From NCBI RefSeq assembly GCF_009914755.1, contig NC_060928.1: a stretch of 64,000 bases of DNA, one strand, 5' to 3'. Every line of letters starts with the position of its first letter. Position 1 is the stretch's first letter. The DNA comes from the human T2T-CHM13v2.0 reference genome, Homo sapiens. Both the position numbers and the translations under genes were made by a program. The notes beneath the pieces were generated by a model. That model was not told the DNA's origin. It worked only from the letters and a program-made list of their open reading frames with translations, and searched no databases. Of the stretch, positions 44,020 to 56,093 are shown piece by piece.

Positions 44020-44700
44020 TTCTATACCAGTTAGACCTTATGTTAACTGAATGTAGCAGAATCCTCAAATAACATTGGTTTATTATATCATATAAATGAA
44101 ATCCAGGTGTAGACAGGCTAGGGATGTTATGTTGTGTCTACAAAGTACTTAGGACTTAGGATTTATTTAGCTTTCTATTCTGTGAACCTGAGCACTAAAT
44201 TCTATATTTAATTTCACTTTATGGTTCATGTTTGATTCATCTTGTCAGCATGTAAAAGTTAGGGTTTTATTAGCAGTGCAAAACAACCATAAGGACATAA
44301 AGATATTTATTATAGGGATTAGACCTTGTACAATTGTGGGAACTTGTTGAGTTGCCCATGTTGCTGCTATGTCTGATCAGTCAGCAGGGATCACAGTCAA
44401 GGATATGGGAAAGCAAAGAAACATTTGAATGCATAAGGATAAGATTGAACCCATGAGGATGCACTGGACACTACATCAGTCTCTCAAACCCACAAGCATA
44501 CAACTTTATTATGCAGGCCATCTGAGAAGACCTAGAAGACTCTGATACAGATCTGCACAAGGGCCTGAATATGTACACCAGGATTCAAAGACAATAAAGA
44601 AGATTCAGCTACTGTCCCACCAGGCACCTCATGGTGGCTGAAGTTTAAACCATCATATCAACATTCTAGCCAGTAATATGGAGAGTGTACTTTTCATCTG
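44020..44700 (-). mobile_element. Old MLT1-type LTR part, interrupted by an ERVL-like LTR piece (~44250-44620)
   Basis: Degraded MLT1-like ends; insert has TTTATTATAGGGATTAGACCTTGTACAATTGTGGGA. Confidence 0.5.
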
Positions 44701-45153
44701 AATCAGTTCTTCTTTCTCTCTCTCTTACAAAATTTTCAGCATATGATACCCTATTGTTAACTATAAGCAAACTGGTACAGTATTTTTATAGAAATTTTAC
44801 ACCTTGCATGAAAAGTTCAATACCCAAGAAAAATAAAATCCTCATTTCTCCCTACACTCAGCCTCTGGCAACCACCAATCTATTTTCTTTCTATGATTAT
44901 GCCTATTTTTGATACTTCATATAGGTGGAATCATGTAGTATTTGTTCTATAGTGGCTGGTTTAATGGAAGTAGCATAATGTCTTCAAGGTTCTTCTGTGT
45001 TGTATCATATGACAGAATTTTCTTCTTTTATTGTTGATTAATATTCCATTGTGTGATATGTGTGTGTGTGTATATATATATATGTGTGTGTGTGTATGCA
45101 TATAGCACATTTTTAAATGTGCTATAAAAATGGGCAAAATCCATTTGCCCATT

Positions 45154-45526
45154 TGCCTTAATCTATTTTCTGTTGTTTATAACAGAATATTGAGACTGGG
45201 TAATTTATGAAGAAAAATAATTTATTTGTTATAGTTGCAGAAGCTGAGAATTCCTGGGTTTTGGTGCTGTACCTGGTGAGAGCTTTCTTGCTGGTGGGGA
45301 GTCTGAAAAGTCTTGAGGTGGCGCAGGGCAACACTTGGTGTGAAGGCTGAGCATGCTAGCTCAGGTCTCTCTTCCCCTTTGTTTAAAGTCACCAGTTCCA
45401 CTCCCATGATAACCCATATATTCATTAACCCATTGGGCCTTCATGGTCCAATCACCTCTTAAAGGGCCTATCTCTCAATGCTGCCACTCTCCAAAGTTGG
45501 AGAGTGCAAATAGTCAAACCACAGCA
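45154..45526 (-). mobile_element. MSTB/MSTC-type MaLR solo LTR
   Basis: TG...CA; 5-bp TSD CCATT; GAGACTGGGTAATTTATGAAGAAAA. Confidence 0.88.
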
Positions 45527-46107
45527 CCATTCATCCATCAAAGGACATTTCGATTGTTTTTATCCTCTTGGTTGCTGTGAATAAAGCTGCAGTGGAAATG
45601 GAAGTGCAACTATCTCTTTAAAATATGATTTTAATTCTTTTGGATGAATACCCAGAAGTGAAATTGCTATATCATATTATCATATGGCAGTAGCAGTTTT
45701 AAGTTTTTGAGTAAATTCTATGTTGTTTTCTACAGCAGCTGCACCATTTTATATTCCCATTAACAGTACAAAATGGATCAAATTTCTCCACAGCCTTGCC
45801 TTGCCAACATTTGCTATTTTATGTGTGTGTGTGTGTGTGTGTATGTGTGTGTGTATATGTATGTATGTATATATATAGTCATTCTAACAGACATGAGGTG
45901 ATACCTTATTATGACTTTGATTTGCATTTTCCTAATGATTAGTGATATTAAGCATCTCTTCTTATACTTGGGCTTTTGTATGCCTTCTTTAGAGAAATGT
46001 CTAGTCAAGTCCTTTGCCTATTTTTGATCAAGTTATTTGTTTTTGTGCTATTGAATTATAGGAGTTCCTTATACATTTTGGAAATTAACTCCTTATCAGA
46101 TGCATGC

Positions 46108-47556
46108 TGTATTAGCCTATTTTCATGCTTCTAATAAAGGCATCCCCAAGACTGGATAATTTATAAAGGAAAGATGTATAATTGACTCACAGTTCCACAT
46201 GGCTGGGGAGGCCTCACAATTATGGCTGAAGGCAAATGAGGAGCAAAGTCACATCTTACATGGTGGCAAGCAAGAGAACTTGTGTAGGGGAACTCCCCTT
46301 TATAAAACCATCAGATCTCATGAGACTTATTCAGTATCATGAGAATGGCATGGGGAAGACATAACCCCATGATTCAATTACCTCCCAATGGATCCCCCCC
46401 ATGACATGTGGGAATTATGGGAATGATGGTAGCTATAATTCAAGGCAAGATTTGGTTGGGGACACTGCCAAACCATATCATTACTCCCTGGCCCCTCCCA
46501 AATCCCATGTCCTAACATTTCAAAACCAATCATGCCTTCCCAACAGTCTCCCAAAGTATTAAATCATTTTAGCATTAACTCAAAAGTCCACAGTCCAAAG
46601 TCTCATCTGAGATAAAGCAAGTCCCTTCCACCTATGAGCCTGTAAAATCAAAAGCAAGTTAGTTACTTTCCATGTACAGGTATTGGGTAAACACAGCCAT
46701 TCCAAATGGGAGAAGTTGGCCAAAATAAAGGGGCTACAGGATCCAGGAAGTCTGAAATCCAGAAGGGCAGTCAAATCTTCAAGCTCCAAAATTATCTCCT
46801 TTGCCTCCACGTCTCACATTCAGGTGATGCTGATGCAAAAGGTGGGTTCCCACAGTCTTGGGCAGCTCTGCCCCTGTGGCTGTGCAGGGTACAACCCCCC
46901 TCCCAGCTGCTTTCATGGGCTGGTGTTGAGTGTCTGCAGCTATTCCCAGCACATGTTGCAAGCTGTCGATGGATCTACCATTCTGGGGTTTGGAGGACTG
47001 GGGCTCTCTTCTCACAGCTCTACTATGCAGTGCCCCAGTGGGGACTCTGTGTGGGGGCTCAAACCTCACGTTTCCCTTTTGCACTGTCCTAACAGAGGGT
47101 CTCCATGAGGGCCCTACCCCTGTAGCAAACTTCTGCCTGGACATCTAGGCATTTCCATAATCAACTCTTGGTAACAATTTAGTGTATTGGTTCATTCTCA
47201 CATTGCTATAAGGACATGCCTGAGACTGGGTAGTTCATAAAGAAAAGAGGCTTAATTGACTCACAGTCTTGCAGAGCTGGGGAGGCCTCAGGAAACTTAC
47301 AATCATGGAAGAAGAGGAAACAAATAGTTCCTTCTTCTCATGGAGGTAGAAAAGGGAAGAGTGAGAGCCGAGCAAAGGGGGAAGCCCTTTATAAAACCAT
47401 CAGATCTTGTGAGAACTTACTATCATGAGAATAGCATAGGGGAAACCACCCCTGTGATTCAATTACCTCCCACAGGGTCCCTCTCACAACACATGGGGAT
47501 TACGGGAACTACAATTCAAGATGAGATTTCGGTGGGAACACATCCAAACCATATCA
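46108..47556 (-). mobile_element. THE1 MaLR provirus with internal deletion (LTRs 46108-46480 and 47183-47556; internal 46481-47182)
   Basis: Two TGTATT...CCATATCA LTRs; shared TSD CATGC; internal region 702 bp versus 1556 bp in the THE1 at 56450-58005. Confidence 0.94.
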
Positions 47557-47988
47557 CATGCTTTGCAAATATTTTCATCCATTCAATAGGTTTCCTTTTC
47601 ACTCTGATTCTGTTTTATGTTTGTTTGTTTTGTTTTCCTTTTGCTTTGTAGAGGATTTATGGATTGATGTAGTCTTGAGTATGTTTGTTTTCTAGTCGTT
47701 GATATATTTAAGAAACTATTGCCAAGACCAGTTTATTGAAGGTTTTCTTCTCTATTTTATTTTAGCAGCTTTTAACTTTTGGGTCTTAAGTCTTTAATGC
47801 GTTTTGAGTTGGTTTTTGTGTGTGGTGTAAGATAAAGGTCAAATTTTATTATTTTGCATATGGCTGTCCAATTTTCCTAGCACCATTATTTCTTTCTTTC
47901 CAACTTGGATTCCTTTTATATCTTTTCTTGCCTAATTTATTTGACTAGTATTTTCAATACTATGTTGAATAAAAATAGTTAGAGTGGA

Positions 47989-48292
47989 GGCCGGGTGCAG
48001 TAGCTCATGCATGTAATCCCAGTACTCTGGGAGGCCAACGTGGGTGGATTATCTGAAGTCAGGAGTTTCAGGCCAGCCTGGCCAATATGGTGAAACCCTG
48101 TCTCCACTATAAATACAAAAATAGCCAGGCATGGTGGTGCATCCCTGTAATCTCAGCTACTCAGGAGACTGAGACATGAGAATTGCTTTAACCTGGGAAG
48201 TGGAGATTGCAGTGAGCTGAGATTGTGCCATAGCACTCCAGCCTGGGTGACAAAGTCAGACTGTCTCCAAAAAAAAAAAAAAAAAAAAAAAA
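47989..48292 (+). mobile_element. AluS (Sx/Sq-like)
   Basis: Full dimer, ~24-nt A tail, TSD AAAAATAGT(T/G)AGAGTGG. Confidence 0.96.
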
Positions 48293-51074
48293 TAGTGAGA
48301 GTGGGCATCCTTTAGTCTTCCCCGATCTTGGATAAAATGTTTTCAGTTTTTCAGTGTTCAGTAGGATGTTAGCTGTGAGCTTTTATATATGGGTTGTATT
48401 ATGTTGAGATAATTTTCTTCTATTTCCAGTTCTTGACAGTTTTTTATCATGAAGGAGTGCTTAGTTTTGTCAAATGCTTTTTCTTCATCTATTGAGATGA
48501 TCATGTGATTTTCATATTTCATTGTATTAATCTAGTGTATCACAATGATTGATTTTGGTACATTAAGTCATTTTTGCATTCAAGAAATGTAAATCACATT
48601 TTGTCATGGTATACAATCCTTTCAGATGCTGTTGGATTCTTTTTGGTAGTATTTTGTTAAATATTTTTGCATTTATATTTATCAGGGATATTTGGCTATA
48701 TATATTTTTTTCTTCTAGCATCTTTGTCTGGCTTTCATATCAGGGTAATACTAGCATCATAAAATACATTTAAAATTGTTCCCCCACCTCTTTGATTTTT
48801 TTTTGGAGAAACTTAGAAGGATTGGCATTAATTCTTCTTTAACTGCTTCATAGAATTCTGCACTGAAGCCATCTGGTCCTAGGCTTTTCTTTTCTGAGAG
48901 TTTTTTGATTACTGATTCAATTTCTTTACTAGAAATAGATCTGTTTAGATTTTCTATTTCCTTGTGTTAGTCTTGGTAAGGTGTATGTTTCTAGAAAATT
49001 ATCCATTTCTTCTTGGTTATTCAAGTTGCTGGCAAATAATTGTTCATAGTAATCTCTTACAAACCTTTTAATTTCTGTGGCATCAGTTATAATGTCTCTT
49101 CTTTCATTTCTGATTTCATTAATTTGAGTCTTGTCTTTACTCTTAATCTAGCTAAAGTTTTGTCAATTTTTTGATCTTTTCAAAACACCAAATTTTAGCT
49201 TTATTATTTTTTCTATTATTTTTCTATTCTGTATTTTTTAAATTACTTCCTAATCTTTACTGTTTTTTTTCTTCTGCAAATTTTAGGCTTATTGTGTCCT
49301 CTTTTTTTCTATTTTTTGCAAATGTAAAGTTTGGTTTTTATTTAAAGTCTTTCCTCCTTTTAATATAGATATTATTGTTATAAATTTTTGTCTATCTGTA
49401 TGTCTTTCTTTTTCATTTTTAAGTATGATTTTGTCAGATGCAGTATTCTTGCTTGGCAATATCTTTTCTTTCAGCACTTTGAATATCACTCCATTCTCAT
49501 CTGCAAGATATCTCCTGAGAAATTCGCTGTCAGTCTGATGGAAGATCCTTTGTATGTGATGAGTAACTTTTGATGCTTTCAAAATTCTCTTTATCTTTAG
49601 CTTTTGACAATTTGATTGTAATGTATCTTGTTGTGGATTTCCTGAAGTTCATTTTACCTGGAGTCCATCAGGCTTCTGAGTCTCTGTCTCTTCCACTTCT
49701 TGGATTGATAATGCATATTCTTATTGGCTTGATAACATTCCATAAGTCTTGCAGGCTTTCCTTATTCTTTTTTATTTTTATTTTTTTGTTATTGATGTGG
49801 TAACTCTGACAGAATAATTTCAAACGACTTGCTTTAGAGTTCATTGATTCGTTTTTTGTCCTTGATTAGGTCTGCTGCTGGTCTCCTCTAGTGAAACTTT
49901 CAGTTCAGTTACTGTATTCTTCAGCTACAAAATTTCTGTTTGGATTTTTTCTCTCTCTTTCTAACTCTGTCTTTGATAGAGATTTCCTATCTCTTAGTTG
50001 GCATTCTCATTTACCCTGAAAAGCATCCTTATGGAGATTAATTGCAATTATTTGTCAGATAATTCATATATAATTATGACTTCAGACTAGTTTCTGAAGA
50101 TTTATTTTGTTCCTTTATTTGGGCCATGTTTCCCTGTTTCCCCATGTCTTATAACTTTGTACTATGATCAGCACATTTGAAAAAACAGCCATTCCCAGTC
50201 TTACATGCTGGCTTCATACAGGAGAATGCCCTCACAAATCAGGCCAGCTGGAGATTCTGGGGGCCTCTGAATCCTTTCATGGGAAGTATGCATCTTCTTT
50301 GGATGTGTGTGTGTGCAATTTCTCAATTAGAGGGGCATGTTTTTATCGGGAGCTTGTAATCTCCCACCCCCTCTGGTGTCTTTCTGCATCACTGCATGTT
50401 CTCTGGTTGTATAGCAGCATGCCACTCCACTCACCCTTCTTTTTAGTAGCCATAGTCATCCAAATTATGGAGACTCCTTATCAGCCCACCGAGTCAGGCA
50501 AAACAGATACCAGTCCCTTCATTATCCCTCTGAATACCCAGAATACCAGATGCACAATCCACTTCTCACTTTCTCCCAAGGAGAAATCTCAAGTTGTGTC
50601 TTCTCCTGATTTCATTGAGCCATGCTGGCCACATTAAGCCACTCTTTACTCTTCTTTGCTCTCAGCAGCCTGCAGGCATCCAAACTATGCCAGTTAAGAC
50701 AACATTACAATTGAGGTGAGACAGAAACCAGTCCCTTTGAAAGACCTTCTAAAAGCCCGAAGAATTGGACATATACTACCCTTCTCTTTTTTCCCCAGAG
50801 GGAGAAATCAGAAACCAGGTCATTCTCTCTTATCACTATGCTCTGCTGTCTTGAAGGAAGAGCTGATGTGGGTAGAGTGAAATTACTCTTCTCACCTATT
50901 TAAATGAAGATGTCTTCAGCTTTGTTTTCACCTGGGGTACTATAACTTCCTAACTGGATCCAGAAATTCTTACAAAAAGTATTTGGGTCTATATATCATT
51001 ATTAAATTGGTGTTTCTGTGAGGGAACAAGGGTTGAGGCTTTCTATTCCAACGTCTTGCTAACATCGTCTCTGA

Positions 51075-51285
51075 GCCAACACTTTTAAAGCAACCTCTCC
51101 AGAAGTTCTACCTAACACTTATTGAAAATTAAATATTTAATGACTTCATCACATGACAAGACTGCCACAAAAGCTGAGAAGTAGTCTTTATGTTTAGCAG
51201 CTATTTGCTCAACTAAAAATGTAGTTTCTGGTTTCAAGGAAGAAAGAAATAATAGATACATTTAATAACAACTGGCCCACGACAT
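51075..51285 (-). mobile_element. Remainder of the old MLT1-type LTR
   Basis: CACATG...AAGCTGAGAAGTAGTCTTTA...AAGGAAGAAAGAAATAATAGATA. Confidence 0.5.
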
Positions 51286-52399
51286 AGCACTTCCAAATGA
51301 AAAGGGTAGCCTGCTTCCTCAGCAGAATATATAGAAAACATTTACATATGTTACTATCATAGCACCTACACCTACCTGATGTATCTTGTTTATTGTCAGC
51401 CTCTCCTTGTAGGATGTGTTATTTACTGCTATAAACTCCAAAACCAACAATGGTACATGAAAAGTATGAATTCCCAATAAAAAAATTATAGGATTATATT
51501 TATTAAATACACGAATAGCTTTTGCCATCCCATTGAGCATGCCCATGTTTAATTATACCCAAGATGCAGGTCTTTGATACTTCCCAAGATATGACCACAA
51601 ATCCCAACTATGTATCAAATTGCACCGTTGAAGAGCTTCTAGGAAAAGTTAATTTTAACCAAATTTAGAATGTCCTTCATAGGCCTGAAAACTATTCAAT
51701 CCAGCTCCCATGCCTGAACTGACCATATCAGTTTAGGTTCCTCTATTATATAATCTTCTATTACCTTGTCCTCCTTTATAACATTTATTGCAACTGGAAT
51801 CCATTAATTACCTTTATAACTCGACAGTTTTCTGCTAGATGTGAGGACAAAGAACTTGTCAGTTGTATTTATTGTCATGCCTCCATGTTCTATCAGAGCA
51901 GGTGCTGAATAAATATTAATTGAATTACTGAATTTACTCATTAATTAAATCTACAGCACCTGCTCTTTTTTTTAATCTTTACCTGTAACGTATCTAGCCA
52001 GGCTTAGAGTTTCACAATAAAGAATTTTAGAGTCATGACAAACCAAGTCATTTTATTATTGAAGAAAGAATTCTGGAGATTACTGGCAAACTGTCTAAAA
52101 TTAAAATCAATGTGATAATGGCACTAGAACTGGGACCCATGCCTCCATTGTCTCAGTTCAACATTACTCATTGCACTCTACTGACCTTTATGCTGAGAGT
52201 CCTTCAGCAACCCCATCTTCAAAATCATTTTAGGAATCTTGAGCTATCAGAACCATATAATTTGTTTTTATGTAGGACTCCTAATTATGTAGAGCTTTGG
52301 AAAAAGATAAGAGAGAACTCTTACTACTGAAAGTCAGGCATCTAAGGTCACAAGAATGACACTTCCTTCTTTCAGCTGCCTTGAACTGCAATCCTGTCT

Positions 52400-54330
52400 T
52401 TCCTCCTTTCTTACTGGCAAGACTTCTCAATTTTTATTAACTTCACTTCATCTCTCTTTTTAAGCTCTGTTCTCCTCTCATTCTAGATACTTACAGGAGA
52501 TCTTGTCCTTTCCCATGGTTTCAGTTATGTTGTGTAAGCTGCTGGTCCTAAAATATATGTCTATACAATAATGAATACTGCTAGTGACCTACTCAGACTG
52601 ACTTGTATCCCTCTGTGTGCTTATCCTCTAGTTTCTGTGTGCTTTGCTGTCAACAGCTCCTACCTATGACTTGTAGAGGATTTCCCATGGCCACTAGAAT
52701 TGACTCACTCACGTGGAATGCCAGAAGTACCTTGGAATTTTATGTATTCATTTCTCTACACTCCAGGGTATAAGACCTAGGTCCTTTGATTTCCTTGGGA
52801 TGAACTCTCAGGTATGATTTATGCTGTAAAGATCTCTGCATATTGGGTAGAAGCTGCATAACAGAAATAACTCTAGTGCTTGGCTTATTTCTTTTCTCTG
52901 CCCTGCTTCATTCACTTCCTTAATAAATCATTTGCATCCAAATTTTTGGCTTACATTGTGTCCCAAAGAGAATTCCACCTATGCCACAAAGTTTATACCT
53001 ACCTTCTAAACTCCAGACCTATACCTCTAATTGCCTGCTGAGCAACTTCACTTGGCTAGCTCACAGACCAACTTTACATGCCTACGACTGAACTCGTCTC
53101 CTTCCTTTCCAAACCTGCTTATACCCCTGCATTTTCTATCCTACTGATTACATTATATCCCTATGGAGCTCAAGGTATCAACCTGGGATCGCTTTGTTGC
53201 TCTCTTTTTCTCTTTCCATCTTACCCTTGAACCCTGTTCAACCAATCACCAATTCCTGTTATGCCTCTTGCTGAAGTAACAGAGCTCTTCATAGCTGAAG
53301 CCACATGTCTTTCACTTGAATTTTTTCAACAATCACCGAATAAGGCTCCTCAGCTTGAGATACACTGCTGTCCATATATTTTCCACACTGCAACCAGAGC
53401 AATCTTTATAAAAATATAAATCTCATTATAATCCTTATCTTCTATGTAAAGAAAATGAAACAAATTCTCTCACCCTAAGTCCAGAGGAAACAGTCTGAAA
53501 AATTTACAAAATCTTCAATATCTGGGCCTTTGCTCACCTCCACAGTATCTGGGCTTCAGCTATTTGACATATCTTTAGATTGCCTGACAAATTGTGCTCT
53601 CCCACATTCAGACCCTTACCCAAAAAGCTTTCTCTTTTTGCATGTCCTATTCAACTCTAAATACTGCCTCCATCATCACTACTTTCAACACCTCCTTCTA
53701 GTATCTTTATATTTATTTACTCAGTCAACAAATGTCATTGAATCTGTATGATGTTCCACGCACTATTCCAGGTAGTGAAGTAGCTAGACCACTAAATTCA
53801 TAATATTTCAATACTTGATTGGAAAGGCAGATATTAATCAATTAACTACACAAATGTGTAAAACTGCAACTGTGCTAAGAACTACTAAGGAGATATACAC
53901 AGAGCTACATATTCCTTTACTATACAGATTTTTTTCTAGACATGAAAGTCCTCTCTAAGAAACTGATAATGCTTCAGCTGAGATCTACAAAACTTACAGT
54001 AAATAAATGAAGAAGAGTAAAATAAGTATTCTCAACATAAGGAATAACCTAGAAAAGACCTTGCCACGGGAGAAAACACTGAGTGTCAGTGAGGTTAAAA
54101 ATAGGCATTCAGCTTAGTTATCATGGCCATAAGGAAGCTGCCTAACCATCCAAGCCCCATCTAGGAGGTTGGCTCAAGGCACCATTGTCATGCTACTCTG
54201 TATGTCTCCCTGTGCAGAGCTCTATTAGGACATTTACACCATACAGTGTAACTGTTTATTTATATACTCAACACATGCAATTCATTTAGGACCAACACTG
54301 TATCTCTAGAACACATTGCAAGGATGATAT
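52400..54330 (+). mobile_element. L2 fragments, with an ERVL LTR insert (~52578-52988) and an opposite-strand L2 (~53710-54110)
   Basis: L2 motifs CTCCAGACC, CAATCACCAATTCCTG, TTCCACACTGCAACCAGAG; LTR16/33-like end AATAAATCATTTGCA...CCTATGCCACA. Confidence 0.65.
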
Positions 54331-54339
54331 TTTAAAGAG

Positions 54340-54387
54340 GGAAGGAAGGAAGGAAGGAAGGAAGGAAGGAAGGAAGGAAGGAAGGAA
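54340..54387. repeat. (GGAA)12 microsatellite
   Basis: 12 consecutive GGAA units counted. Confidence 0.97.
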
Positions 54388-54517
54388 GGAGGGAAGAGGG
54401 ATGAGAGATGAAGGAAGGGAGAGAGACAATAATTAGTTTAATGGCAAATGAAGAGTAACCTAACCTCTTGGGAGGTGTGAGGCAATTCAGGATATACATA
54501 GGAAGGATTTATTTTAA

Positions 54518-54866
<349 letters not shown>

Positions 54867-55861
54867 CATGGGAATTAACTTAATGATGAGAGAAAATGAT
54901 GCTTTTTGGTTCTCAGATATCCTGCAACACAGCCTCTAGGAATAAAGGATGAGTAATTGAGTTTGAGTTACTGTATGGGGTGGTAGTGGATAAATCCTCC
55001 AACCTAAGGCCTTCTCAAGAGATTTGAGCTCTGGGGACTAATTGTCCAAGAAAGACAAAGTTTAGCATGAGGCATTGTTTAGGGAGAGTACAAAACAGTA
55101 ACTTAGGCAAGGTTGTTATGGCTGAAAATTGAACAAAACATTTTTTGTCTCAAACAATTTTTTTTCAAAATGACAGAAAACTTGAGAGAAAGAGGCTCAT
55201 TTAAATAGCTGGGCAATATGAAATTGCCTTTATTCATCTTTTTTTGTATCTACAAAACTTGCGATTTCACACGGCCTAACTTAATACTAGGAAAAATTAA
55301 AAATAAATGAGTAATAACTTCCTGAATATTTTGGCTATCTCTAACTAATATACTTTTAAAGTATATTATGTTGTCTATGGTAAATAAATTTCTGTATGTT
55401 CACCAAATGATGGCATATATTGATCAGGAAAGAGAGAGTAAGTTTCAGAGAAGTATATTCATTTATTTAACAACTATTTCTTGTTCTCCTACCAGGTACT
55501 AGGCATTGTTGTAGGGCCAGGGCAATTAAAAAAAAAAAAAAAACAGCTACTAATGTGTAACAAAACATTTAACGAACACAAAAACACAAATATAAATTTT
55601 TATTTATATACTATAAATGGAATGAAAAGTATAGCACACTATGAGAAGGAACAATAGAGAGCATCATGAGTTGGAATGTGTTCCCTCAAATCTTATATGT
55701 TGTAGTTGTAACTCCCAGTATCTAATAGTGTAATTGCATTTGGGATTGGCACTTTAAAGAGGTAGTTAGGTTAAAATGAAATCATTATGGCGGACCCTAA
55801 TCTAATATGATTGATATTCCTACCAAAGGGAAAATGAGTACATAGACATGCACAGAGGGCA

Positions 55862-55915
55862 TGATATGGTTTGGATGTTTGATATGGTTTGGATGTTTGA
55901 TATGGTTTGGATGAT
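55862..55915 (+). repeat. 3 x 18-bp tandem repeat TGATATGGTTTGGATG(T/A)T
   Basis: Copies at 55862, 55880 and 55898. Confidence 0.97.
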
Positions 55916-56093
55916 TGTCCCCTCTAAATCTTAAGTTGTAATGTAATTCCAAATGTTGGAGGTGGGCCCTGGGGGGAGGGTGATTGGATCATAGGGGTGG
56001 ATCCTTCATGAATGGCTTAGCACCATCCCCTTGGTGATGAATGTGTCCTCACTCTGGTAGTGCATGCAAGACTTGGTTGTTTAAAAGACTGTG

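Larger units (their letters stand above)
44720..51072 (-). mobile_element. Old L1M (L1MA-like) spanning 3'UTR to 5'UTR with internal deletions; host to three younger insertions
   Basis: 3'UTR at 44720+, ORF2 remnants to ~49380, ORF1 remnant (IFKVLKEK), and an L1M-type 5' end GATGTTAGCAAGACGTTGGAATAG on the minus strand near 51070. Confidence 0.85.

Noticed and set aside
55862-55915. Direct repeats as a CRISPR-like array
   Set aside because: Head-to-tail with no spacers, no cas genes, eukaryotic LTR context
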